This document shows, in pieces, positions 9,229 through 19,488 of a DNA stretch of 64,000 nucleotides. Position 1 is the first letter of the stretch, and every line of letters starts with the position of its first letter. The DNA lies in assembly GCA_042408215.1 (NCBI GenBank), contig JAYFMW010000015.1, positions 14,669 through 78,668 on the forward strand. Reading direction: 5' to 3'. Made by a program: the position numbers and the translations under genes. Source of the stretch: Microcoleus sp. (GTDB lineage Bacteria; Cyanobacteriota; Cyanobacteriia; Cyanobacteriales; Microcoleaceae). A model generated the notes under the pieces. The model saw only the letters and a list, made by a program, of their open reading frames with translations. It had not been told where the DNA came from and did not search any database.

Positions 9229-11128
9229 AAGGCAAATTTCTTTTTAGTTCGGTCAAATCTGAACTGTCCCGACTGCGGTATCCCTGTGGGCTATCGAAGA
9301 CTTCGTTTCCGGCTGTTGGTGTTGGTCGAAGAGGCAAAGTTCTTTCTACTTCTGCGAAATAGGAACCTTCCCAATTGATTGCTTCTAGGGCTTCCTTGTA
9401 TTCTTCTACTGTTGAGATATCAAAAACGAATCCGAGTTGATGCCACTTCTCTACCATCTCTAAATCATCGGCAAATGCAATGTAATCGGGGGCTTGCTGG
9501 TCGTAGTCGGTTCCCAGCCAAGGAACTTGTTCATTTTTGATTTTTTCGGAAGGAGCGTCTCTTAGCTGGGGATTGGGTGGCAAATACACAAACTCCGGTC
9601 GTTGGGCAGGCCACCACCAGACAAAACGGCCATCAATGGGTTGGGAGGAACATTCATTGAAATCTGCCTGCCAAGGCAATGCCATGAACTTGCTGATATC
9701 TCCTGGCTCTAGCCCTTCTTCCAAATTCATGTCTAAACTAAGCCGAGCCATTGGCTTCATTTTTTTATGTTTGATGCGGAAGAGTTCCGAGTATATCTTG
9801 GGGTTGCGTGAAATCCAAGTCATTTCAATACCAGGAGAAAAAGCTCCCCCTACACAGTTTTCCAAAGTGGCACGAGTTAGATGTTCGCCAGGATCTTCTT
9901 CCTGAGAATTAATTTCGTTGTTTGTAAACTTCCCCTTTGCCCACTGTTCAAGCAGAAAATATTGGGTCTGGGTCAAGGTCAGAAATTTGGCTGATTTCTG
10001 GCTTGCCCCGGTCGCATCATCCCCCGCTAAATACGGCATCATAGGATAGCCCGTTGTGGGAGATTTCAAAGTATTGTTCATACTCGGCGGTCGGACTTGG
10101 CTAAAGAAGTATTGCCGCATACTGTTGTAGCGTTTATCGGAATTTCCCAACAAATCGTAGTCAAAGGTGTGAGGTTTGGGCGGCATGGCGGCAACCCAAG
10201 GAAATAGGGAAGCACGTTCTAAGATGGGTCGGATTTCCTGGTTGAAATCTGGGTGATAATCCTGATTCCAAAAACCATTTTTATAAATATAATTATCCCC
10301 ATCCTGACGATATCCCATCTGCCGAACTGCGACATCAAATATGGTGTCGTAAAGCGTAACCAGATTGAGAAGCTGCGGGGCATAGGCAGGGGGGGCAACT
10401 AAGACCCAAGCAGGGACAACTTCAATCGTTTGGCCATTATCGAACATCACTGTTGCTGTAACTGGTCCATCGGAGGTGTCATCCCACCAGCCATCATTAT
10501 TGGCATAATCGGTGATAACAGGATTTTGGTTTGAACCGGAATGACCGAATCCTCCCACTACAATCAGGCGTCCTTGAGAATCGGTATGTATCTTTCCTAG
10601 AGAGTCGATCCCATCGGGTTTTAAACCCTTCGGAGGGAAGGTCATGGGATATTCAGTTTGAGAAGATCGGGAGAAATTGGCAGATTGATTTGGTCCGGTC
10701 AAAATCCTGCCACCCGGATCGATAATAAGTTCGTACCTTTGTGCGGGATCGGAAATACTGCTGTTGCGTAAAGGATGGTTGGAAGCATACCCCTGTTCGC
10801 CGTTTTTGGTCTGGAACTCATACCAGATAGCTTTTTTATTTGCCAAGCGAACAGTCCATATAATTTTGCTTACCTCAAGCTGTCCAATCTTCTCCCCAAC
10901 CACAATTTCTTGCGGTTCACCACCTGACTCAGGGTAGCGATAAATACGAAAACGCGCTCCTTGCCGACGTAGATTTTTGTCGCTATCTCGGAAGTCACTG
11001 GGTTGAAACTCGCAGCCATCGAGCCGAATGGGAAGTCCCCCTGCTTCTTCTGGGGCTAGATAATACTCTTCACTATTTCCAACGCGGGCAACACCAATGG
11101 AAGGAAAAATTTTATAAGTATCTGCCAT
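9221..11128 (-). CDS. lodA: LodA/GoxA-family cysteine-tryptophylquinone amino-acid oxidase
   Basis: IFPSIGVARVGNS, LRRQGARFRIY, LANKKA, NNDGWWDDTSDGPV, GGAFSPGIE, PWQADFNEC (CTQ Cys), WWWPAQRP (CTQ Trp), W..LGF. Confidence 0.95.
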   Translation of the reverse strand: MADTYKIFPSIGVARVGNSEEYYLAPEEAGGLPIRLDGCEFQPSDFRDSDKNLRRQGARFRIYRYPESGGEPQEIVVGEKIGQLEVSKIIWTVRLANKKAIWYEFQTKNGEQGYASNHPLRNSSISDPAQRYELIIDPGGRILTGPNQSANFSRSSQTEYPMTFPPKGLKPDGIDSLGKIHTDSQGRLIVVGGFGHSGSNQNPVITDYANNDGWWDDTSDGPVTATVMFDNGQTIEVVPAWVLVAPPAYAPQLLNLVTLYDTIFDVAVRQMGYRQDGDNYIYKNGFWNQDYHPDFNQEIRPILERASLFPWVAAMPPKPHTFDYDLLGNSDKRYNSMRQYFFSQVRPPSMNNTLKSPTTGYPMMPYLAGDDATGASQKSAKFLTLTQTQYFLLEQWAKGKFTNNEINSQEEDPGEHLTRATLENCVGGAFSPGIEMTWISRNPKIYSELFRIKHKKMKPMARLSLDMNLEEGLEPGDISKFMALPWQADFNECSSQPIDGRFVWWWPAQRPEFVYLPPNPQLRDAPSEKIKNEQVPWLGTDYDQQAPDYIAFADDLEMVEKWHQLGFVFDISTVEEYKEALEAINWEGSYFAEVERTLPLRPTPTAGNEVFDSPQGYRSRDSSDLTELKRNLPYE

Positions 11129-11213
11129 GTCTGCCTCCTTTTCTTATGATTTTTGTCAACAGTTTGCCAATTGCTGTTTCACTCTGATGCAAGCGAGGGC
11201 TTCTTTAAGGATT

Positions 11214-12479
11214 TCACAAACGCTCTCTCAGGGAGCTTCCTTGAGTTTTTTGGTTGATGTCTTGAAGGGTGTTATCAACTGCGCTTACAGTAGCTGCAAT
11301 GGGTCGTAAATCAACATCTAGACTAGCGGCTGAATCTAACTCTTTTTTTAACTGCTCTACTTTGAGGATAAGCTCATCCAAAGAAGTCGAACTGTACTGA
11401 AAACAGGGACCCGCATTCGGACCAAGAGTTCCAGCTTTTTCCTGAATGGGAATTTGCATTAACTGAGTGGCTAGTGTGGTAAAGATGCTTTGCATTATGG
11501 GGACAATCACTGCAAAGTAGGGGTCAGTTTCTATTACTTTGTCTGGACCAAAGGTCTCTTGCAATGCTCTGACTAAAAGACCATAACAGTCGTTGAAGAC
11601 TTCTGCAAGCCTTATAGCCCACTGGTTTTGAAACTTTTCTGGCGAGGGATTGGGCAGCATGGGATAAGTTTCTCCAATAGGAATCGTCCCGTCTGCCAAG
11701 TCTTTGAATTTAAAGAAATGGGACATATCGAAGGGAGTTCCTAGTATCGGACCGTAGGTTTCATCGTTACGAAGACCATAGTAGTTATAGGTTCCCCAAG
11801 GTTGGTCGGGTTGATACTCTCGGTTCGGGGGTACTGCACCCTCTCCCTGTTGCATGATTTGATTAATCGCCTCTTTCGCCGTGTCCAAATTCTCGACAAG
11901 GATGGCTTTTCCACCGCCACTGCCAAAGTATAAGTTGGTTCGCTGCAATTCAGTTTGGTACTTAAAGTCCGGTGGAAGCTTTTCAAACTCCTTTTTAATG
12001 GCTTCATAGAATTGCCCAATTGTCTGAGATTTATCGTCGTCTACTGTTGTGTCCAACGGTGCGGGTCTTTCGATAGTCATAAAGGTTTGTAGCATCAATT
12101 CCGGTGATGCTGCCATAAGTTGGACATAAACACCACCTGCCACTTGATAAGGCATAGAGTTGGGATAGTCCCAAATCTCGCCTACTAACTTGGGAATACC
12201 CCCAACGGAATTCATCAGGTTACAGGCAAGGTTAAGGTGTAGCATTTCTTCCAATACCACACTTCTGAATGTCTGATAAGCCTGAGAAGTTTTATCTTTA
12301 ATAGAATATAGAGCTGTGAGGTAGGGAGGAATGGTAAAAAACTCTATGATTAATGCCTTCTGAAGCATCGTCTTTATCGTCTTTACCGTCTCGTCAGGAG
12401 AATCGCCGGAAGAAGGGTTTACCTTCTCAATTCGCGGTTGGCGTTGAGAAAAAATCGCTTGGCGTTTAGAAGTAGTCAT
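11214..12479 (-). CDS. Ferritin-like domain protein (VioB C-terminal-like family)
   Basis: LQKALIIEFFTIPPYLTALYSI, EEMLHLNLACNLMNSVGG, TIGQFY, QQGEG, SHFFKF. Confidence 0.85.
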   Translation of the reverse strand: MTTSKRQAIFSQRQPRIEKVNPSSGDSPDETVKTIKTMLQKALIIEFFTIPPYLTALYSIKDKTSQAYQTFRSVVLEEMLHLNLACNLMNSVGGIPKLVGEIWDYPNSMPYQVAGGVYVQLMAASPELMLQTFMTIERPAPLDTTVDDDKSQTIGQFYEAIKKEFEKLPPDFKYQTELQRTNLYFGSGGGKAILVENLDTAKEAINQIMQQGEGAVPPNREYQPDQPWGTYNYYGLRNDETYGPILGTPFDMSHFFKFKDLADGTIPIGETYPMLPNPSPEKFQNQWAIRLAEVFNDCYGLLVRALQETFGPDKVIETDPYFAVIVPIMQSIFTTLATQLMQIPIQEKAGTLGPNAGPCFQYSSTSLDELILKVEQLKKELDSAASLDVDLRPIAATVSAVDNTLQDINQKTQGSSLRERL

Positions 12480-12548
12480 TGTATTGTTCCTTTGTGTTGC
12501 AAACAGTCAAGATACTCGTTATTAGGCGGGATAACTTGGCCCCATAAG

Positions 12549-12608
12549 CTAGAGCAACCCCTCCCTAAGAATTGCGCCGTCAAAGCGATAACGCTCAACC
12601 CTTGACAT
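12549..12608 (-). pseudogene. 5' vestige of a desaturase paralogue (MSRVERYRFDGAILREGLL*)
   Basis: Matches the desaturase N-terminus MIKIKRYRFDAAIFRE at protein and DNA level (cgttatcgcttygacgscgcaaty). Confidence 0.6.
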
Positions 12609-14140
12609 TAACCGCACTCTTGGCAACGCTGTCAGCTTTACCATTGATTGATTGGGGGTTAACTTGCGGCACAGAGGAAGGCACGGCTGTTTTGATAAAT
12701 TCGTAATAAATCGACAAGAACACCTCATCTAGCGGCACATCGCGCATCATCTGCTTCGCCTTTTCCCGCAGCTTTTCGTGTGCCGAGTTGTCGAGAACTG
12801 CCATTTCAAACAGCAGGCGAAGATAGGACTCTAGTTCGCGGGTACGGTTGTAAGGCAAAAAGCCACCGGGTTCCCGTACTGTTGCCATCAAATCGCGGGC
12901 ACCCACCTCCAGCAACCGCTGGAACGGATTTTCATTGCGACGACGTTCAATCATCGGCGAGAACACATTCTCCGTGGGGGGTTGTTTGCCAAGTAGCTCT
13001 GCCGTCACAACCTGAGCAACTAACGGAGCCATCAGCATCCCATTCCTGTAGGTTCCCGTCGCCACGAACAACCCTGGAAATGCAGTTTTTCCAACTAAAG
13101 GAATCCCATCAGCGGGAATGGGACGCAATCCATAACGCATTTCTTCGATTCTGGTATTTCGCAGCGCAGTATTGAACTGGCTAGCCCCATCACCAAGAAT
13201 ATAGAGGAGGTCTTGAGGTTGAACTCCCAAACTCATTTGGGCAGTCAAGCTCAAAGAATTGGTTGCCCCCCACGTATAAGCGTCCCTCACTGCGAGGAAC
13301 AACGTGCAATCCGCACGCAAAGGAACGATTGGGGGTGCGAAGCGTGTGGGGAAAATGGGGAGCATCTGCCAGAATACAACTGGTGCCTTTGCCAAATAAC
13401 ACCGCAGGCAGCTTCAGCTTGGAAAACAGCGTCTCACCGATAACTTCTGGGACTTTCGCTCCCGCACATACCACCACATGAGGCGTGGAAATGCAACCGT
13501 GGTTTTCGGTTTGGATGTTCCATGTGCCTTCAGTGTCCCCAAAATTGATCGAAACAACTTTATCATCTAAGACTTCCCCTTTGGGGTGTAGTGCGATCGC
13601 CACCTCAAGGGCTGATAGTAAGTTGTGAGAATCAACTGACCCTTCACCAGGGATAAACAACGCTTGGTAAGCCGGACAGGAATTGTTGGCATCTAAACCG
13701 GGAACGTCGTCTGGATCGACCCACTCATGGGGTTCATTATAGGTTTCTAGTTGGGCTTTCATGCGCTTGAGATTGGCCCGATCGCGATCGCCTGCACTGT
13801 TGCCAATAATAAATGTTCCTTGTGTGGTAAATATCTCTTGCCCCGATGCCTCCCTCACGCTAGAGAGCCAATCTGGGTAAATCTTCTGCGCTTTGATCCG
13901 AAACTCCAGTTCAAGGCGTTCTTCAAGAGTCTCCTGGTCGGCAGTAATCTCGCCGTATGCGCCCAACATAGCACCACTAGCCAGCGAGGCTCCATCACTA
14001 TTCTGCTGCTGGGGATAGATCAGCACAACCTTCAAACCGGAACGGGCTAGTTCAAAGGCGATGGATTTACCAATAATTCCACCACCAACAACTACGGCAT
14101 CATATGAATGATGGCTGGTGACGTTGTTCTGTAAAGTCAT
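12595..14140 (-). pseudogene. FAD-dependent amino-acid oxidase (ThiO/DadA/DAO-like) split by a +1 frameshift (real lesion or sequencing error)
   Basis: VVVGGGIIG, GASLASGAML in 13190..14140; GLRP, ATGTYRNGMLMAP in 12595..13395; removing one C from the C6 run at 13266-13271 restores GRLYVGATNS. Confidence 0.85.
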
Positions 14141-14255
14141 TTCTTTTCTGCCAATTCTGTGAAACCTTTCTAGTTACTTAAAATAAAACACTGTTCAATC
14201 TTACGGGATTGTTGAAGGCATTTGTCAAAAATACTAATCCTTATTTTCCAATAAA

Positions 14256-14924
14256 TCAAGTAGGAAAAGTAGGAAGATTTATCAGGAGAGCTATAAAACC
14301 CATTTGACATCTTTTAGCGATCGCCCACAACGGTCGAGCGGTCATAACAGTCGATCGGTCATAACGGTCGATCGCCCGCACAAGCTGTTTTTTGAGGTCA
14401 TTATTATCTGTAGAAGTTTGGCACTCCTGCGGCGCTCTCTCTAGCTGCGAACTATCTTCATTTACCAGAAAGCCGCGATCGCAAATCAGTGATAATTGCT
14501 CGCTATCCCCTGAGTAGGAAGCCTCCACAAAATCAGTGGCAACAGGTAACTGATTAGTGGTAGGCGTTAGTGGTGTGTCTATTACTTCTACTAATTCTAA
14601 GGTAACAGATAACTGGTCACTAGCCACTGTTTCACCTGTCCGGGAGAACAGATATTGCTTGAGCACTAAAAACAGATTTTTTTTCCTCACTCTCTCCCCT
14701 AATGCTTTTGAAAAAGCCTGCCACAACTGGGAGCCAATTTCTTTGATGTGAGCGATACTATAGGCACTATCGGCTGCCATCTCGCTATAACCGCGTCCGA
14801 GCCATGAGTGACACAGGATTAAGCGCTCAAGAGAACTCAGTTGCTTAGAGAGCAGACTTTGTTCTACAGTGTCCAGAACTTCGTCAACATTCATGTAGTG
14901 ACTCCATTTGAGTAGTATGCACAC
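14256..14924 (-). pseudogene. Cyanobacterial HTH-type N-terminal domain protein (as on HTH-AAA proteins), truncated by an IS end
   Basis: LSSLERLIL..SW.G.GYSEMA..SAYS..HIKEIGSQLWQAFSKALGERVRKKNL is homologous to the N-terminus of 24250..25599; the last ~40 codons run through IS-end DNA. Confidence 0.65.
14292..14384. mobile_element. Solo terminal end of an IS5-family element
   Basis: TATAAAACCCATTTGACATCTTTTAGCGATCGCCC...GATCGCCCGCACAAG matches the reverse complement of the IS end at about 58676-58717. Confidence 0.8.
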
Positions 14925-15224
14925 AGCAAGGAACGCTCTAGATTCTTAGACCCCAAAACAGGCAGTTAATAAAAGAAGGCTTTTATGCAGATAGCAGAGG
15001 GGAGAAGGACAAGGGCTCAATTACTGTCAGCGGACATTCACCAAACAACTTCACTATTAATTATTCAGTTGTTTAGCTCAACGAGAAATAGATAAAGTTG
15101 GTATGTTTGTGTAAAGTTATATTGCTGCGATCCTCTTACTGCACAAGTAGTTGATTTTGTCAATATACTAAATTGGTCAATTAATTGCCCAACTAGAGCT
15201 AAAGATTGGTTCCAAGAGGCGCGA

Positions 15225-15430
15225 CTATTGACAAAGTTGTCGATCGCCCTCTTCCACCTCTGCATTAGTCCGCAGATAATCTCGCACCCAATTACAGCCA
15301 TATTCCAGCAGGTCAAGTTTGAGTATGCGCGCTAAATCCCAGACAACGAGAGTATTATCTTCACCTACAGAAGCTAAAAAACTGCCATCAGGCGCGATCG
15401 CCACATTCCAAACTGAAGTCCTATGTTTTT
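15225..15430 (-). pseudogene. Duplicated 3' fragment of a WD40 gene paralogue
   Basis: HRTSVWNVAIAPDGSFLASVGEDNTLVVWDL...[24 protein letters not shown] versus upstream gene end [24 protein letters not shown]. Confidence 0.8.
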
Positions 15431-15438
15431 CGAGAGGT

Positions 15439-18400
15439 CTATTGGGGAGATCGATCGCACAAATGTCGATCGCCCTCCACCACCTCCGCATTAGTCCGCA
15501 GATAATCTCGCACCCAATCGCAGCCCGCCGCTACCACCCGATCTAGCTCTACAGACTGCTCTAAATTCCACAAAATTACCGTTTTGTCCTCAGAAGCCGA
15601 AGCCAGAGTTTTGCCATCAGGAGCGAAAGCTAATCCCTTAACCCCAGCACTATGTCCAATCAGATTTGCCAGGAATGTGCCGTCAGACTTCCAGAGTTTA
15701 ATTATTCCATCATTACTCCCTGTAGCGATCGTCTGACTGTCAGGGCTAAACGCTACACTCCAAATCCCAGAATCATGTCCCTTAAGAGTATGCAGTAACT
15801 TTCCATCACGACTCCAAAGTTTAGCCGTCTTGTCTTCACTTACCGAAGCAATCAATTCGCCATTAGGACTGAAAGCTGCGTTCATAACTGTACTATTATG
15901 AGCTTGAATAGTCTTGAATAAGCTATCCTCACTTTTGACTTTTGATCGAGAATCTAACTTGCGCTTTTGATTCAAAACTGAAGCCAAACGCCAAAACTTT
16001 AGTGTCTTGTCGCCACTGCTCGATACAAGTGTCGAACCATCGGGACTAAAAGCCAGTCCCCAAGTCCCCGCCTTGTGTCCTCTAAAAGTAGCGATTTCGG
16101 TGCCATCGACGCGCCAAAGTCTGACTGTGCGATCGCTACTCGAAGATGCAACCATATTACTGTCAGGGCTAAAAGCGACTTTCCTAATATCACCCTGATG
16201 TCCTTTGAGACTATGAAGCAATGTACCGTTTGGACTCCAAAGCTTGATTGATTGGTCAGCACTAACAGTAGCAATTGTTTTACCATCTGCACTAATAGCA
16301 ACTGAGCTAAACTGAGGATTTTGCCCTTGTAAGCGCCGATTGCTAATCCCGTCCTTGCCCCAGAGGATAACCTCCTTTGGACTCGATGAAGCCACTAACC
16401 GTCCGTCATTGCTCAAAGCCACTCCCCAAACTCCAGCCGTATGTCCCCGCAGAATTGTCAGCAACCGATTGCGTAATTTCCAGGCTTTGATAGTGCCATC
16501 CCAAGAAGCAGAATATAGTGTGTCGCCCTTGGAACTAAATGCAATATCTTTAATGGCACTGTCATGGCCTTTAATAGCATTCAAAGAAGTACCATCGAGA
16601 CTCCAGAATTTTAGCATCTTGTCGTCAGAGCCAGAGACGATTATTTGCCCATTCCGGCTGAAAGCTAGTGCATTAATTGCAGCATCGTGTGCGGTAAAAG
16701 TCCTTAACAAAGTGCCGTCACGCTGCCACAGTTGCAGCTTGCCGTCTCCATTGCCGGTTGCCAGGATTTTGCTATCAGGAGTAAAGGCAAGTGAGAAAAC
16801 AGGAGATTGAATATCTGAAAGTGTTTTCAGCAATCTGCCATCCCGCTGCCAGAGTTTTACAGTGCCGTTATCAGAAGCCGAAGCAATCAACTCTCCATCT
16901 GGGCTAAAAACTACTTGCGTAACGATCGCCCCATGCCCTATCAATGTCTTTAGCAATGTGCCATCGACGCGCCAGAGTTGGAGCGTACTGTCCGCACCGG
17001 ATGCAACAATCAGTTCTCCGTCAGGACTAAACTTGACTTTGCTAGCTGAAGCTGTAAACCCTTTCAAAGTTTTCAACAAAGTGCCGTCACGTCGCCAGAG
17101 TTTGACGGTTGTGTCTCCGCTTCCTGAAGCAATAAGCTGACCGTTGGGGCTGATGTCTACTCCTAGAACTGGACCTTGATGTCCTTTGAGGGTGCCCAGC
17201 AATCTGCCATCGCGGTGCCAAATTTGGATGCCATCTTGCAAGGTTGCCACAGCAATCATCTCGCCATCAGAACTGACATCTAAGGCGTTATTGGCGGAAT
17301 CATAACCGGAAAAGCGGTTAAATTCAACAGCTCCATAAATTGACCGCCGCAAAGCTAATTCCACCATTGCTTCTGTCTGCGGATCGGTTAAGGCCAAGTG
17401 TTTGAGTTCTTTTCTTGCCCTCAGCGCTTCAATTAAAGCATCTAACCTTTTATCTAAGGCAAAGAGGGCTGACGAATATCTAGCCATGCCTTGAATTTTT
17501 TGTATTTCCTCATTGCGTTGGCTAACGATCGCTTTTTGGTACTGGAAGAAAGCGAATATTCCCGCTGCGATCGCGATTGCTAAAGCGATCGAAAGTCCCG
17601 CAATCAAATAAGTTTGGCGTTGGGCGCTTTTTTTCTTGAGTGCCAGCCTAGCTTCTATTTCTTTAAGACGTTCTGCTTCTAAAAATAACTGCAATTCTTG
17701 TCTGTCTACTTCTTGGCTAGCGGCTAAAAATAAATAATCTAAATCGCTCAAACTTTTACCTTGCGCCCACATTTGAGCGTCTTTTAAGGCTTGTCCGCGC
17801 AAGAGACGGGAATTATCCTGTTGCCCTGAAGCTACCCAAGCATCAAACACCTGCGAGTAAGGCCGCAGGTTCCCTAATTTTTTTTCAACCCATTGCAGAT
17901 TAAATACTTGTTGATAGATGGGATTTTTGACCTTTAATATTCCCTCGTGTCTGACGACTAAGCCACTCAGTAACAATTCAATCTGTTCTTGACTATCATC
18001 ACTTTTTATTTCAATTCCTTGCAAAACTTTTTGATAAATGCCGAGAATTCTACCAGCCCGTTGACCGTTACGTTCAATGCGATCGCGTATAGTTCTCAGG
18101 TGTTCCGGTTCATCCTGGGATTCCCAACGTTCAATAATGCGAGTTTTAACTAAATTCTCAATCCAGAACGATTCCGTACCAGGTGGAATACTCATCTTGC
18201 CACCATTTCCCATTGTCTGCTGACTCAATTGCACGACTAAATGACACAACTTCTGAGTCAAAAACGGTTGTCCAGCCGTCCAGTCTATAATCGCCCTCAC
18301 AACCGATGCAGGCTGTTCCACCGTCTTTTCTAACCCTTGAATTAAGGGAGTCACTTCCGACCACTCAAACCCTTTTAGTGCGATCGCTTGCCCAATATTA

Positions 18401-19098
18401 AACGGTGTTTTCGTTCTATCTCGAATTAAATCCGAGGGAGTTGCTACCCCAAAAATCGCAAAGGTAATGCGTTGATATTCTGGGTTGATTGCCCGTTGGT
18501 TATAGCAGAAGCGAATGAAAGCAAAGAAGTCATCAATAGAAAAGTTAAGACCTAGCAAACTATCGATTTCATCGACAAAAATAAACAACCGTTCTTGGGG
18601 AAACTGCACCAGTAACAATTCCTCAATAAACCACCGCAAACGTTGCAATAAACCGAGATCGTTGCGTTCTTGCCACCAAGTTTTCAGGTTCAAGGTTTCC
18701 AGTAACCCCAACTGTCGCCATAAGTCACCTACAAATCCCTTGTACCATTGCAGTGGAGTAATTTGTTCGCTCCCCACCACACTCAAATCCACCGCAGCGC
18801 AGTGAAAGCCATCTTGCTGGAGGCGATGCTTGGTTCGCACCAGCAGCGAGGATTTGCCCATTTGTCGGGAGTTGAGGACATAGCAGAACTCTCCTCGCTT
18901 CAGGGCTTCATACAGTTGCGAGTCGGCTTGTCGCTGTACGTAACTAGGTGCATCAATAGTTAAACTGCCGCCGAGTTGATAGTTATATGGGGGCATAAAA
19001 AGTTGATTATTCAAATCAATTATCTTAGAGGATGTAGATTTTTCGTTTCGCTTTGTTCCACTCATTAATGACAAATCATACCTTCTTGGACTTTTCAA
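15439..19098 (-). CDS. AAA-like (AAA_35) NTPase + TM helix + ~14 WD40 repeats
   Basis: [17 protein letters not shown]alker A, IFVDEID Walker [21 protein letters not shown]...FSPDG...W repeats; real start probably ATG at 18996. Confidence 0.92.
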   Translation of the reverse strand: MKSPRRYDLSLMSGTKRNEKSTSSKIIDLNNQLFMPPYNYQLGGSLTIDAPSYVQRQADSQLYEALKRGEFCYVLNSRQMGKSSLLVRTKHRLQQDGFHCAAVDLSVVGSEQITPLQWYKGFVGDLWRQLGLLETLNLKTWWQERNDLGLLQRLRWFIEELLLVQFPQERLFIFVDEIDSLLGLNFSIDDFFAFIRFCYNQRAINPEYQRITFAIFGVATPSDLIRDRTKTPFNIGQAIALKGFEWSEVTPLIQGLEKTVEQPASVVRAIIDWTAGQPFLTQKLCHLVVQLSQQTMGNGGKMSIPPGTESFWIENLVKTRIIERWESQDEPEHLRTIRDRIERNGQRAGRILGIYQKVLQGIEIKSDDSQEQIELLLSGLVVRHEGILKVKNPIYQQVFNLQWVEKKLGNLRPYSQVFDAWVASGQQDNSRLLRGQALKDAQMWAQGKSLSDLDYLFLAASQEVDRQELQLFLEAERLKEIEARLALKKKSAQRQTYLIAGLSIALAIAIAAGIFAFFQYQKAIVSQRNEEIQKIQGMARYSSALFALDKRLDALIEALRARKELKHLALTDPQTEAMVELALRRSIYGAVEFNRFSGYDSANNALDVSSDGEMIAVATLQDGIQIWHRDGRLLGTLKGHQGPVLGVDISPNGQLIASGSGDTTVKLWRRDGTLLKTLKGFTASASKVKFSPDGELIVASGADSTLQLWRVDGTLLKTLIGHGAIVTQVVFSPDGELIASASDNGTVKLWQRDGRLLKTLSDIQSPVFSLAFTPDSKILATGNGDGKLQLWQRDGTLLRTFTAHDAAINALAFSRNGQIIVSGSDDKMLKFWSLDGTSLNAIKGHDSAIKDIAFSSKGDTLYSASWDGTIKAWKLRNRLLTILRGHTAGVWGVALSNDGRLVASSSPKEVILWGKDGISNRRLQGQNPQFSSVAISADGKTIATVSADQSIKLWSPNGTLLHSLKGHQGDIRKVAFSPDSNMVASSSSDRTVRLWRVDGTEIATFRGHKAGTWGLAFSPDGSTLVSSSGDKTLKFWRLASVLNQKRKLDSRSKVKSEDSLFKTIQAHNSTVMNAAFSPNGELIASVSEDKTAKLWSRDGKLLHTLKGHDSGIWSVAFSPDSQTIATGSNDGIIKLWKSDGTFLANLIGHSAGVKGLAFAPDGKTLASASEDKTVILWNLEQSVELDRVVAAGCDWVRDYLRTNAEVVEGDRHLCDRSPQ

Positions 19099-19210
19099 AC
19101 ATCCTCTGAGAGTGATGAAAGAGTGTTAATCATTTATTGAATGACCAGTAAGTAAGCATATTTTACCACAAAACGCAATATATAAAGTTGGTATCTATCA
19201 AGTATGGAAT

Positions 19211-19321
19211 CTTACAGCAGATTCCACACTTATCAAGTACGGTAGGGACACGGCAATGCCTTGTCCCTAGGAGGGTTGAGCGATAAGTTTGTGTACCTCA
19301 TAACAGCGGAAACCGCTGTAA
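19211..19321. repeat. Small MITE/REP-like element
   Basis: Imperfect inverted ends TTACAGCAGATTCC / GGAAACCGCTGTAA enclosing the GTAG-led hairpin GTAGGGACACGGCAATGCCTTGTCCCTAG. Confidence 0.5.
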
Positions 19322-19488
19322 ATATTTGTCAATCCAATCTAGCCAACTTTATTATATTGACAAACCTAAACTTCTCGGATTTAATTGTGGTATGGCTAGA
19401 TAGTTAAGCTGTTCATCGAATAAAGTTGTCTGCCTCACTGCCTAACTACAATCTTTGATGTTAAATATTGCTGAGGATTATATAATTT

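Noticed and set aside
336..14140. Known cyanotoxin cluster (saxitoxin, cylindrospermopsin, guanitoxin)
   Set aside because: No SxtA or Cyr PKS/NRPS genes and no guanitoxin kinase, methyltransferases or aldolase in the window; only individual enzyme families are shared
15999..18963. Short overlapping ORFs within the AAA-WD40 gene
   Set aside because: Antisense and alternate-frame by-products of WD40 repeat codon patterns
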